Below, one piece after another: positions 63,736 through 64,000 of a DNA stretch of 64,000 nucleotides. Each line of letters begins with the position of its first letter. Positions within the stretch are counted from its first letter, which is position 1. Under the pieces are notes generated by a model that was not told where the DNA came from, searched no databases, and saw nothing but the letters and a program-made list of their open reading frames with translations. This stretch comes from Bacillus subtilis subsp. subtilis str. 168 (GTDB taxonomy: Bacteria; Bacillota; Bacilli; Bacillales; Bacillaceae), in assembly GCF_000009045.1 (NCBI RefSeq), contig NC_000964.3, forward strand, positions 3,100,001-3,164,000, given 5' to 3'. A program made the translations under genes and the position numbers.

Positions 63736-64000
63736 CACATCATCGGCTTGATGCCCCAAATGTCCTTCGCATATTCCCGGATCGTGCGGTCGCTGGAGAA
63801 ATATCCAGAATGAGCAATGTTTACAATCGAATGCTCAGACCATTTCCTTCGCTCTCGATAATCAGCTTGAATTCGCTCCTGTGCATCTGCATATGAGCTG
63901 AAATCCTTCAGCACAAAATACTCATCATTATGCGGAAGCAGCGAGTCAAAGATCGATTCAAATTCATCTGCCTCTCCTTCAAAAAAACCATTGATCAACT
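63735..64000 (-). CDS. glgP: Glycogen phosphorylase, 3' end (partial)
   Basis: DEYFVLKDFSSY...SGYFSSDRTIREYAKDIW, the canonical phosphorylase C-terminus. Confidence 0.93.
   Translation of the reverse strand, partial: LINGFFEGEADEFESIFDSLLPHNDEYFVLKDFSSYADAQERIQADYRERRKWSEHSIVNIAHSGYFSSDRTIREYAKDIWGIKPMM

Overview
This window is core chromosome of Bacillus subtilis (168-like). The identification rests on gene order and recognisable proteins; I recall the locus as about 3.10-3.16 Mb but could not check that. It holds about 66 CDS, mostly on the minus strand: the end of the melibiose/raffinose mel operon, leuS with a Leu T-box, ytvA (LOV-STAS photoreceptor), bceRSAB, ytrGABCDEF, ytqAB (tRNA mnm5U pathway), ytpAB, asnB, metK with a SAM-I riboswitch, pckA, ytlACD, rppH (ytkD), dps, luxS, rpmE2 with a Zur box, ythAB, mntABCD with an MntR box, menFDHBEC, spore crust/coat genes (ytdA, ytcABC, ytxO, cotS, cotSA, cotI), tspO and the 3' end of glgP. 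I found no rRNA, tRNA, CRISPR array, transposase or prophage. Three real small genes fall below the ORF-track cut-off (ytrG, ytzI, ytzL). Strongest unexplained signals: (1) a 176-bp non-coding MITE-like element at 7025-7200, with imperfect terminal inverted repeats, flanked by a 29-bp direct repeat of the ytvA/yttB terminator; (2) a DtxR/MntR-like winged-helix domain fused to the Mn permease MntC; (3) a consensus ECF (sigM-type) promoter in front of asnB; (4) an overlapping ytoA/ytpAB arrangement that forces antisense transcription; (5) a DksA-like protein (YteA) that has lost three of its four zinc cysteines. Promoters, operators and RNA folds were read by eye and are unverified.
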